Shown piece by piece: positions 1 through 12,561 of a DNA stretch of 64,000 nt. The first letter of the stretch is position 1. Each line of letters begins with the position of its first letter. The notes under the pieces were generated by a model. That model ran no database searches. It worked only from the letters and a program-made list of their open reading frames with translations, and was not told where the DNA came from. The position numbers and the translations under genes are program-made. Origin of the DNA: Chrysomallon squamiferum (lineage: Eukaryota; Animalia; Mollusca); contig CM022675.1 of NCBI GenBank assembly GCA_012295275.1, positions 6,944,001-7,008,000 of the forward strand. Direction: 5' to 3'.

Positions 1-39
<39 letters not shown>

Positions 40-108
40 TAATAACGACACTAATAATAATAAATATATAAATAAATAATTTTTCTCATATTAGAAAACA
101 GAACATAC

Positions 109-207
109 TGGAGGTCCTTTGGGTCCATCATTGCCAGGACTTCCAAGAAGTCCTGGAGGTCCTCGTGGTCCAGGGAAACCTTGTACTCCTCCGGGTCCTG
201 GGTCTCC
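109..207 (-). CDS. Collagen exon 17 (99 nt) [33 protein letters not shown]
   Basis: TAG / GTATGT, 11 triplets. Confidence 0.95.
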
Positions 208-3200
208 CTATATAAAAAATAAAAAATAAATTTTTATAACAATAGTTATATCTCCTAATTGTTAATTCTTAAGCAATAAAAAGTTCTTAATTTATAGTGG
301 ATAAAAATGTTATTAATAAATCCCCAAGATATATTTAAATAAAACATTTTTAAGCAACTGAAAAGTTAAATTTATCATTTTAAATACTCAATTAAATATT
401 TTTTTTTTTTTTTTCAAATTATTCTTAAAAGATTATTTATAACTGTTTAGTAATTTGATTAAATAATAATTTATTTAGTACAAATAACTAATATTATTTA
501 TAACCCCAAATATTGATTTTCATTCAGTATTATAAACTGAAAATCCATATTTTAATAACAATTCAAATTATCTCTGTAATTTTTCATTTTCAAAAATTTA
601 AATCCATCTAAGTATAGAATTTAATTTTCCATACACTGGCTCCTTTTTCTCCTTCACTTCCTGGTCGTCCTGGTGGTCCTGGTTGTCCATTTTCTCCATC
701 AGCTCCTGGCATTCCATTTTCTCCACGAGGTCCTTGTGGTCCAACAGATCCCTTGGGTCCTTTTGCTCCAGCTTCACCCTAGAAATAATTTTATCAACAT
801 GATTAACAGCAATTGTAAGTTGGAAAAGAATTCTTCAGACTGACTAGGAACCAAAGGAAATACTGAGAGAGAGAGAGAAATTTATGAAGAAATTATGAAT
901 ATGGTTTTTATCACAATACCTTTTGGCCTACTGTACCAGGAAGTCCAGGTGGTCCCATGTTTCCCATAGGTCCTGGTGATCCAGCTTGTCCAGGTAAACC
1001 ATCAACTCCACGTAAACCCTGTGAAATAATTTGTGTTTTTTTGTATTTACATTTTTTGGTTTATAATATAAATTTAATTGTAGTTATTTTTATGATAAAA
1101 TAATAATTATTACTTATTTATTTTGTATTTATTAAACTCATTTTAATATGTGTTCATATATATTTATATACTTTACAGAATATAAAAACTGTCACATTGA
1201 TAAATAAAAGCGAATTAAATTAATGGTGTTAAAGATACTTTTTTAATTTTTGGTTTATAATATACTTTAATATATACAATTTAAAAAAAAATATCTATTA
1301 TGATAATTTAAAATTGTTATTTTCATATTAATTAAATTCAAAATAAAAGTTTAAAAAATTACAGTATATAAAAAAACAAAATGATCAAGTTTAATAATAA
1401 ACTGCTTTCACTGTATTTCATTATTTTAAAAACAAATTTTTTTCTAAATAACACTAAAATAAATATATGAACATATCACACATTTGTGCCAAATTAATGC
1501 AATAAATAAATAAATAAATAAATAAATAAAAACTTACTCTTGGACCTGGAAGTCCATCCTGTCCTCTTTCTCCAGAAAGTCCACGTGGTCCTGGTGGTCC
1601 AGGAGGTCCAGAAGAACCTGGTGGTCCAACAGTACCCTAATATACAAAGAAAAAAATGTAAAGTATCAAAACAATCATTAAAAAATTTCAAAATTTTTTA
1701 AATGCTGTGTTATGAATTTATAAAAATGTTGAGTTATGGATAAATTCTGAAACAATTTGTATTCATTAATGACGAGAAATTCTGAAATAATTTGTTTTCA
1801 TTAAATGATGGAAATTCAGAAACAATTTTGAGTTAATTAAACAAAAGGAAATTACGAAACAATTTTAATCTGTTAAATGAAAGAAATTCAGAAACAGTTT
1901 ATATTATCTCGTAAGAGATTTTTGTTTCTTTATTCTAAAACTTATTATTCTAAAAAGAAATGTTTAAAAAAAAAAGAACACAATATTTAAGAATTGTACT
2001 TACTGGTTCTCCTTGTAAACCTTGTTCTCCACGTTTACCCATGAAACCACGGTAACCCTGGAACAAACAAGAACAAAAAGATCAACAAAAATAATAGACA
2101 GAAAGATAGAATAAAAAATAAAAATATAGTGAAACAACATTAAAAAGAAGACAAACACAAGCTATAAGGTCCTGAAAAGTTTGAGAAAATAATAAAAGGT
2201 TTTAAGATAAAAAAAAAAAAAAAAAAAGAATATTACAAGATTAGTAAGACCAAGAAATTTCCTATTTCAAACATAGCTCTGCAGTTGTGTCAAAACACAC
2301 AAATATTTTTCGGATTTTAATAAAACTAAATCCTCTAAACGATTCCTTGCTGTTAATAAATAAAAGTAACCTATGTGAGTGTTCATTCATGATGTAGCAT
2401 AATAAAAGCTATTTATTTTTAAAATGTTATCTAAAAGTTATACGCAATGTAAAATATCAACACGTTTATTATCAGTATTTTAAATAATATAAATATATAT
2501 ATATATAAACGTACCATGTGACCTTTAGGACCTGGCATTCCTGGCATTCCTGGTCTTCCTGGGGCACCCTGTAATAGCAGTATTATTTATTATTCAAAAT
2601 CCAGTTCCAGTCAACACTAAAATATTTATAACGGTCTCAAGTCATAGATACATTTTACACAAACTTTAGTGATATTTATGAGATGAAGATTTTGACACTG
2701 TAGTGAAATGTTTGTTATAAAAATTAATTGTAAATTAATATCAAAGCAAATGCTGAATAAATGATGCTCATAGAAAATGTTTTAACCACAGCAATAATGA
2801 ATAAATGCAAATGTTTTTTTTTAATTCTTTTTCAAAGAAAATATATTTTAATGGCTTGTGTCATGGCTTGTACATATATTATTAAGTATTTTCATAACCA
2901 TGTTACTGAAAAAACTGACAGACATATGTAGATACAGACACCAAACATACACAAATATATACATGTCCACATACATATATATGTACAGTAGCACACACAC
3001 ACACACACAGATATACCCACATTAACCTACACAGAAATTTTCACATATACATTTAAATGTGGAAAAATTAATTTACTTATTTCTTTACTAATTTAATTTT
3101 TTTCTAATAAATCAAATAATAATGTAGGTAATAATAACAAGTAGAGAAGTAGCACTGATAGCCAGAGCCTGTGGCAAGGCAAGTGTATTGTGCAACCCTA

Positions 3201-4061
3201 AGCCATGGAAATTAGCCATCCCTGGGCCCATACCACTAGTCCAATAGTGAACTTAAGACTTTTTGTGCCCAGGGGAACTACCCCTGTGGCCCCACCCATG
3301 CTACACCACTGACAAAAAAAAAAAAAAAAGATCACAAACCCTTGCTCCAGGTGCTCCTTGGGATCCTGCTTCACCATGGCGACCAGGGTCACCCTATGAA
3401 AAAACAAATATAATTTATATATTATTATTTTTTTTTTTTTTTTTAACATTGTTAAATTGAAACAATAAAAACTTCAATTGATTATTATTATAAAATATAT
3501 TTAAAATTAAAACATGAAAGAAATCAAAATAAATTTTTAAATTAAAATATTTACATCAGGTCCTGGTGGTCCATGAGGTCCAGGCTGTCCTCTCATTCCT
3601 GGGGGTCCCTAAAATGAAACATAAAAAAAAGAAAACATTTAAATGAGGCTAAAACACGAACAACCATACAAAAAAAGAAAAATTTGTAAATTACTGGTGC
3701 TATGACAGATCCTTGCAACCTAAATGGATCAATTTAAATTAAAAATATTATTACAATAAAATTATACAAAAACAAACATACTGATAAAAACACTTTGAAA
3801 GTTTATTATTATTATTAGTTTGTATATATATTAAAATTATGTGCTGTAAGTCACTGTTATTATTATTATTTTTCATGACAGAATAATTAAAAAATTAAAT
3901 ATATATTGATAGCAGTGACAAAGTTATCTTATAAAGGGAGATTACTCACAGGATTTCCTGGATCTCCAACATTTCCTCTGATGCCTTGAGGACCTGGTGG
4001 ACCCTAAAATAAATAAATAAATAAATAAATAAATAAACAAACAAAAAATAAATAAATAAAA

Positions 4062-4097
<36 letters not shown>

Positions 4098-4515
4098 ATA
4101 TAAATAAATAATTTAATTATTTAATATTTTGATGTGTTCACAGGAACATGAATACTGTTTCAAATTTTCATTTTCAAAAATAAAAATCAAGAATTCTTAT
4201 ATCGATAAAGATGTTAAAACATATTATGTGAATGCAAAGACTTATTTTATTCAAAAATATAAAATAAAAAATAATTTTATTTACTCACTGGAGGTCCAGG
4301 TGCTCCACTTTGTCCTCGAGGTCCAATTGGTCCCTGAAAATAGTTTTAAAATTGTCTCATTAAATATTGATTAAATACTATTCTCATTATTTTTAATACA
4401 AAAAAAAAAAAAATATATAATGGTTACACATTTTTAGCTGTAAATTAAACATTTGATTTTAAGTATTTCTATAAATTTAATTTGATTTTTTATTTATCCT
4501 CACCATCTTGATCAC

Positions 4516-4573
<58 letters not shown>

Positions 4574-4708
4574 GTTGTTATAAATTTATATCAACATATA
4601 CCCAAGCATTTGTATATTCACATACTTTATTACATCATATTTATAAATTTTTGCTTAAGTTTATTTATTTTTTAATATTTGTTGTTGTTACTATTATTAT
4701 TACTATTG

Positions 4709-4755
<47 letters not shown>

Positions 4756-6933
4756 CCTATTATTGTAACTGTTCTTTGTTATTACTGTTTTCGTTATTAT
4801 CACTGTTGTTGTCATTGTTGTTACTATATTTTTATTACTATTATTGTTATCATCATCATAAACAACATCATCATTACTGTAATAATACATGTAATAATAA
4901 TAATAATCATCATAATTATTAATGAATAATTACTATTATTGTTGTTGTTGTTATAAATATTTCAGTAATAAACTTACCACTTGAGCCTGCAGATACTGAG
5001 GTCCAAAAGCTGCACCTCCAGCTTTGCTTCCATAGCTCCGTTGTACGTACATCTGATAGGCTGCATCAGCAGACTGCGATCATAATAATATACATTAGTC
5101 ATTTAGAAAATATCACTTAGAAAATATATTTAATAACTGACATTAAAAGATATCATTTAATAATAGTCATTTGGAAAATTTCATTTAATAATTAGTCATT
5201 TAGAAAATATCACTTAATAACAGATATATAGAAAATATCCATTTTATAACTGTCATTTAGAACATAGTCAATATTAGTTATTTAGAAAACATCATTTAAT
5301 AAATCTTATAATAAAAACTTTTCTTTAGTAATTGTCAAATACATTTTTTTATTAGTTAAATATATGTAACTCAAAATTCATAAGACTAGAATGTATATCA
5401 TAGATTAAATTGAAAAATACATTTTAATTAGTAATATCATATATTTGATTTTTTCCTAAGGATATGTTACATTTAGCTCCAAACGATTTTGGTTTTATTA
5501 ATCCTAATTTTTGGTGTTTTTACATAAAAAGTTGTAACTGGTAAAATAATATTTCAAAGTTTACCATTTCACTGTCACCAGGTGGTCCTGGTGGTCCAGG
5601 AACACCATGTCGGCCATCTTGTCCTGGATCTCCCTAATAAATAAAACATATAACTCTAATTTAAATCAAGTGAAATCAGAACTTGTGAGCACATCAAATA
5701 TACCTTTATCATTTTCTGATAGCTACATGCCAAGAATGATTCATAAATATATTTTTCTTTAAAAGATAATCACCATTTAAGATTGAATTTGAAAACTTTA
5801 AATATTTACTGAAGTTATCTTTGAAAGAAGTGATGGGGAAATTGAAAAAAAGAAAGAATGTCAGTCAAATATGGGTGCTATTTGAATGATTAATCATTAT
5901 AAAATACTTGTTCACTTTTATTATCAATAATTAAATCATTTATACATTATGTGTATAAGTAGCTCTGAGTCTGTCTGTATGTGTGTGTGTCAGTGTTTTA
6001 TTGTTTGACTGAAATAAAATCTTTTCATTTTCTGAGACAATGTTTTTATTAGCCTGTTTCTTATATCACAACAGTTGCACTTTAACACTTTTTTTTTTTT
6101 CTTTTTTTTTTTTCAGGCTGATGAAATCGTAAATCATAGCAAACACACTTCGTGATAAATTAATCGTAAACAGCTCTAGAAATATATTACAAGCTTCCTT
6201 TGGTCTTGTAGATAAAATAAGAATTTATTGAAATGTTTTGTAAAAAAAAAATGATCAGAATTAAATAATTAAAGCATAGCTATCATTAAAAAAAAAGAAG
6301 TTAAATGTTAAAATATTAAAATATCTGTTAAATGTGTAATGCTTTTCGACTGCCATTTTTGCTGAATACTATTGATGACGTCTGCTATACATGTTCGTCT
6401 GCTGAATTTACCGTCTGCTAAAAAGTAGCACAAAAACAATGTGAATGATGAAGAATATGTATTATTTCTGGGTGACATTGTTATTCAACCAACAACTGTT
6501 TGGTTCCACTTCCTATGGCCGCATATCTGACATATTTCTGTATTATTTTAGTAAGAATGATTTCCTCAGCTTACGATTCCCTCCCTTAGTCGTAATTCTT
6601 CACATGTGAGTTGTACATGTGTACCAGAAATGTTGAAATATTCGATTTAAACCACATGTAAAAAGTTGTGCTAAAGTTAGGTGAAGTCAGAAATAAATAT
6701 ACGCAGACACAGAAGTAATTTATAATGTTGGTGTGTGTGTGTTATAGTGAGTAGTTGTGTAGATATGTATGTGTATCTATGCCTGCGTATATTCCAATTA
6801 TTAAATTTATAACACGAATTGTTTTCCATATTTGTAAGATAAATAAAATAAATAAAAATAATAATGATAAAAAGAAGAAGAAGAAGAAGAAATAATATTA
6901 ATAATAATAAAGATAAATTAAAATAAAACCAAA

Positions 6934-6967
<34 letters not shown>

Positions 6968-9227
6968 GCCTCAATTATTCTATTCTTAACAATGAAAACA
7001 TAACCATACGTAATTATAAAATAAAGACTACAAATGTATTTTACAAATACGTACCCTTCTTCCAGGCTTTCCCTGAATACCAACTTCTCCATCTTCTCCC
7101 GGGAAACCCTAAAATAACAAAAATTGTAATTTATTCTTCCAACAAAAATATTTATTTTATTTTTAAAATTATCAAACATCAAAAATATATAAATTATTAT
7201 AACACTGATAAAATTATTTTAAATGTCATTATCATTGAGATTAAAATTATCTTGATAAAAATAATAATTGTTTCAAGTTAATTTTTTACCATGTTAATAA
7301 ATGTGGTATGAAAGTTACGTCGTGAATATTATTTAACATTAATTAAAATGATATATATATTTTTTTAACAGTAGAAACATAAACAATGTTGCGTAAAAAT
7401 TACTAACGTATCAGAGATTGCAAAAACAATCGTTCGTACTAATATCGCAAATACATTTTTGTTTTTTATTCATATTCTTGCAAATGGTTCATATTGACAA
7501 AACAAAAACCAAACCTAAAAATGGTTTCATCTACTTTTGGCAAAATCTGATATTTTCCAAAAAAGACTTAGTTTTTGCACTGGTGTTTTCGTTTGTTTAC
7601 AAAACAGCTATTAAATTCTTAATAAAAAAACAAAACAAACTACTACTTAAATAAATAAAGAAAAGAAAAGAAAAGAAAAGAAAGAAAAGACATATGGTAA
7701 TAAAATAAAATTAATTAATTAACTAAATTATTTAAATAAATAAATAAAATAAAATAAACAATACAATTTAGGTTATTTTTTAAAAATTATTTCTTAAAAC
7801 CTTACCAGCAATTTAAAAAACGATTTGAAAAAAACAAATAATAATAAGGAACACTAACCTAAGTAGCTGGTCAGTAGATTTCATGTTCATAGCAAACATA
7901 CTTAAAACACAAACATATTTTAAGCAATGGCCATGTTATATCCACATGCTTAAATCATATGGTTCTAAATACATTAACGACATAATTATGTCAACTATTT
8001 TTGTATCACCAGACTTGTAATATTAAATTTAAATAATAAATTATTCTGGATATTCAGACTGGTTTACTTTCAGACACCAGTAATTCATTAGCCTTCTATT
8101 TTTATATTGTGCAGTCTCAAAGATTAATATTCATTCTAGCAGAACTGATAGGCACCAGGTTCAATTCCTGATACCCGCGGACATCAAAAATTAGCTATGG
8201 AAATTCGTTTTAACATTAATCTACTTCCATATTCATAGAATAATTCAGAGTCTTGTATTTTCAAAACACCTGGAAAACATTTTAAAAATTTAATTACGTA
8301 TTCATTGTAAGTTCGTTTCTTTTTCACATTCTGTTTCGCTTAAAAATGTTTCTAAAATTATCGTAATCAAGGGAGCTAACAAATTATGTTTTACATTTAG
8401 GAATGCCTGGTTATTATTTATTTTTCTTTATAAATAAGTAAAATAATGAGTAAAATAAATGAATGAATGAATGAATGAATAATAATAATAAATTAATATT
8501 TTATTTGAAATTAAATAAAATAAAAACAAGAAAAGAAAGTTAATGAAATAAACAACGAAAAGAAAAATAAGCAAGTGAAGATCTGAAGTTATCTCCCCTT
8601 CATATGATAATTTCTAAGAAGTGCGAGTGTTGAAGCAAGAAAGTGTAAAGCTCCAATACTTACAGTCACTGCCTTCATTATCATATACCGTCTCTGAAAG
8701 TAATATGAAACGTTTCATATTTCATTATCTGTTTCAAAATTCAGCATTATGAAACACTAGTAAATTAATTAATAATATCGCTAAATGATCTCCCCTTTTC
8801 CAAGTTCGTAACATTCAGTGTATTCAATGTGTATCAGATCAGAAATATTTTTTTTTCTTCTGACCAAAACATCTATTTAGAATATTTTTTAGATGCTTTG
8901 GTATTTCTTTATTTATGAATAATTATTCATAATTTAATTCATGTTATTTCAAGAATAATGAATGTTTCTATTCTAGCCTAATTTTGATTACTTTACTCAG
9001 GAATTATTAGAAATGAAATTCGTGAGATATTATTTACACCAAATAATTATTTTTGGTATTTTTTGTATTATTTTTATTATTTTATTTATTTATTATTCAT
9101 AATGAAAATTAGAACCTGGTTTTATTCAGGCAGAAATATTACCATCGCTAACATTATTCTTCGGTTTTTTGTATTGTTTTTCTTTTTTTTCTTTTTTGAA
9201 TTCAAGAATGTCTCGTAAATAGTGCAA

Positions 9228-9296
<69 letters not shown>

Positions 9297-10127
9297 TATT
9301 ATTATTAATACTACTACTACTTTTTTTACTGACCTATTTAAAAAGAACAATTATAATGACAACAATAAAATATTTCTGCCACACGAATTATTCTTTTTCT
9401 TACTCATAAATTTCTTTTATTAACACTTTACCACTGTGTTCCCGTTACGACTTCTACTACTCAGAATATAACAACAAAGTATTCTGTTGGTTAATAAGGT
9501 TTGACTTAATAACCCAAAACATATAAACAACAAGTAAATTAATTAAAGTATTATTTCAGATAAAATTAAAATTACAAAAACAATTAAATAATTACATACC
9601 TCTTCAGGTGAATGGGCCTCACCTGAAAACAAAAAATATTTAAATATAAATAAATACGTAATACACAAAACATTATAAATAAATACAATAGTTAATTAAT
9701 TTTTTTTTTAGAGAATATAAATAAATTAAAATTAAAGATAAATAAATTATAATTAATTTTTAAAAAAAATAAATAAAAAATAAACGTGCAATGTTTATTT
9801 ATTTTTATGCTATATATTTGTTCGTTCTTTCTTTATATTTTTTACTTCTTTATTTTATTTTTTTATTTTTTCATTTTTTCTAATGCACGTGCATACTGAA
9901 TAATTTTATTGTTCATATGTTCAACAGATGCCAAAATAACGAGATGTCGATTTACATAAATATCGTTTAGGAATATTCATATATTGGGCAAGACATCATT
10001 ATTTGTTTTTATTAATTTTATTCTTATTTATTTATTTATTTATTTATTTGTTTGTTTGTTTTATTCTTTGTTTTTTGTCTTTTTAAAACAATAAAAATGA
10101 AATAAGATGAAAATAACAATAATAAAA

Positions 10128-10166
<39 letters not shown>

Positions 10167-10173
10167 ATAATAA

Positions 10174-10205
<32 letters not shown>

Positions 10206-10423
10206 ACAAATAGTAAAATAATCAAATTAATGTTAAAACAAATAAAACAAAAACACCTGAAAATAAAGCAGATTAAAATCTTTTATCACAGAGAAATGTT
10301 TGAACAAACAGTCCTAAAGTACATTGCTAAATTATAACTACTATTTTATATATATTATTTAAAATTTCATTTCAGTTGTGCGTATAAATCTACATATCGA
10401 AACAAAATTGCTATTACAGCTGC

Positions 10424-10503
<80 letters not shown>

Positions 10504-10971
10504 ACCATATTCATTGTACTTATTATTTAATAGCGCTCTTTTTTATGCCGATTGCACTTAAGAGCTCAGATAATTGTCACGTGCCACTGTTTGCTCACGT
10601 CTGCGTTAGTCTTTACTTGTACTTCATTATTCAGTTTTTAAAAAATAATTTCACAGTATGATTGCATTAGATATAAACGTCAAACGTGTCTCTCTTTGTC
10701 ACACTGTAAACTGTTTTAATTCCATGCACCTTTTTCATCTTCTTTTCGTTTTGCGTAATTATACGAAAAGAGATAACTGGTGGTTAATTATTTTAAACGT
10801 CTAATTCATACTTCTGAAACTGTTGTATCGAGATTTAATAAGCTTTATTTTCAAAATATACAAAAAATAAAAAATAAAAATGAAAGAAATAAAAAAATAA
10901 AAGTAAAAATAGAACAGAAAAGAAAGAGAAAAAAGAAAAGTATGTTTTTTTTTTTCGTAGCCGATCTTAAA

Positions 10972-11035
<64 letters not shown>

Positions 11036-11682
11036 CAATGTACATTTCTCAAAATTAATTGATTACGTCTTTACCGTATTCTGGCTTGCAGTCGCTCTTC
11101 CATTCACATTCCACGTCACCTTGGATACAGGTACACTGAAAACACGTGTTGTTGGGACTCGGAAACCATGTCTGTCCGTCCTTGTATTTTAATCCCATAT
11201 GAAAACAATCTGAAATAAATAAATAAATAAATAATAAGACGAAGACGAAGAAGAAGAACAGCAACAATAACAGTAATACTAATACTAATAACAAAAACAA
11301 TAACAATAATAATAATAATAACAACAGCAACAACAACAGTAACAGTAACCTTTTGATGACGTAAGGAAAAGTTTTAAATATATAATTAAATATTTCAAAA
11401 TATATATATATTTTTTTTCTTTCTTTTTTTTTTAATGAAGGACTGCAGTTATTACGTCATGTCATAGATCGAGTATTCATTGGAAGCATAATTAAAGATT
11501 CTGTGCTGCAATCAGAAACAAAATGTTTGATTCCGGCCGAAACTTTCGACTATGAAAAGTTTCAAGATTAACTGTTCGTATAAGGTAAAAAAAAATCCAG
11601 AGTTTGTATAAAAACAGAAGTTATTCTCGTTGTTTTTACTTCTTTTATAATTTTTATTTTTTATTTTTATTTATTTTGTATT

Positions 11683-11713
<31 letters not shown>

Positions 11714-12266
11714 TTACAGTTGTTGTTGTTATTGTTATATTTTTGCTGTTTATGTTTTAATACTATCTCCTTGTTGTAATTAAAAGAAAAAATTAGGCAG
11801 TTATATAATTTACTCGACAGATCAGGAATTAATTTGGGAACCAGTATCCTTGTAACTGATAATTAATGTTGATAATAATATAAAATATATGTTTTAATAA
11901 TAACACGGATGTATTTTCGAAAAATTAAGCAAAATATTTCTTCTTGAAACAGTGGGAAGAAAAACGCGTTGAATATATTTTTCTAAAAAATAATAATAAT
12001 TTAAAAAATTAGCAAATGACGACAAGTAAAGTACAATGTAATCCTAAATATCTATCGTACTTTGTTAAAATATTAATATTTTCTAGCTAAAGGTAAAGTT
12101 ATAATCTGTTTCTTCTTTTATTTGTTATCATTGTTTCTCTGCATTCAATGCATTTTTCTTTGGAAAAACTTTAACAGATGTTTTACGAAAGGAAAGGAAT
12201 ACTATTGGCATTCAAAACAAAAACAAGACGATGCTGTTCTCGAACATTCCCGAATGTTCCCGAATT

Positions 12267-12361
<95 letters not shown>

Positions 12362-12529
12362 TATGTTTTTATTTGAGAAATTAATGAACTATATTTTCAG
12401 AAATGTATTTATTTTGCAAAGGGTCAGTATTGTACATGCTGTACATGAACAGTTTATGAACTCTAAAAACAGACAATGGACATCATGGCTTGTTGTTTAT
12501 TCGTTTTATTTCGTAGACAACGAAGGGCC

Positions 12530-12561
<32 letters not shown>

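Noticed and set aside
4651-4929. ORF-track entries rich in poly-I/N/L/Y/F/K or SL/HT/CV repeats (here and throughout the window)
   Set aside because: They are translations of (TAT)n, (CT)n, (CA)n and poly-A/T tracts with no coding signal.
1494-7182. ORFs 1494-1691, 3198-3449, 3263-3460, 4129-4374 and 6898-7182
   Set aside because: They overlap real collagen exons in the wrong frame or on the wrong strand.
8140-8190. GGTTCAATTCCTG B-box-like motif
   Set aside because: No A box or cloverleaf. At most a SINE relic, too decayed to call.
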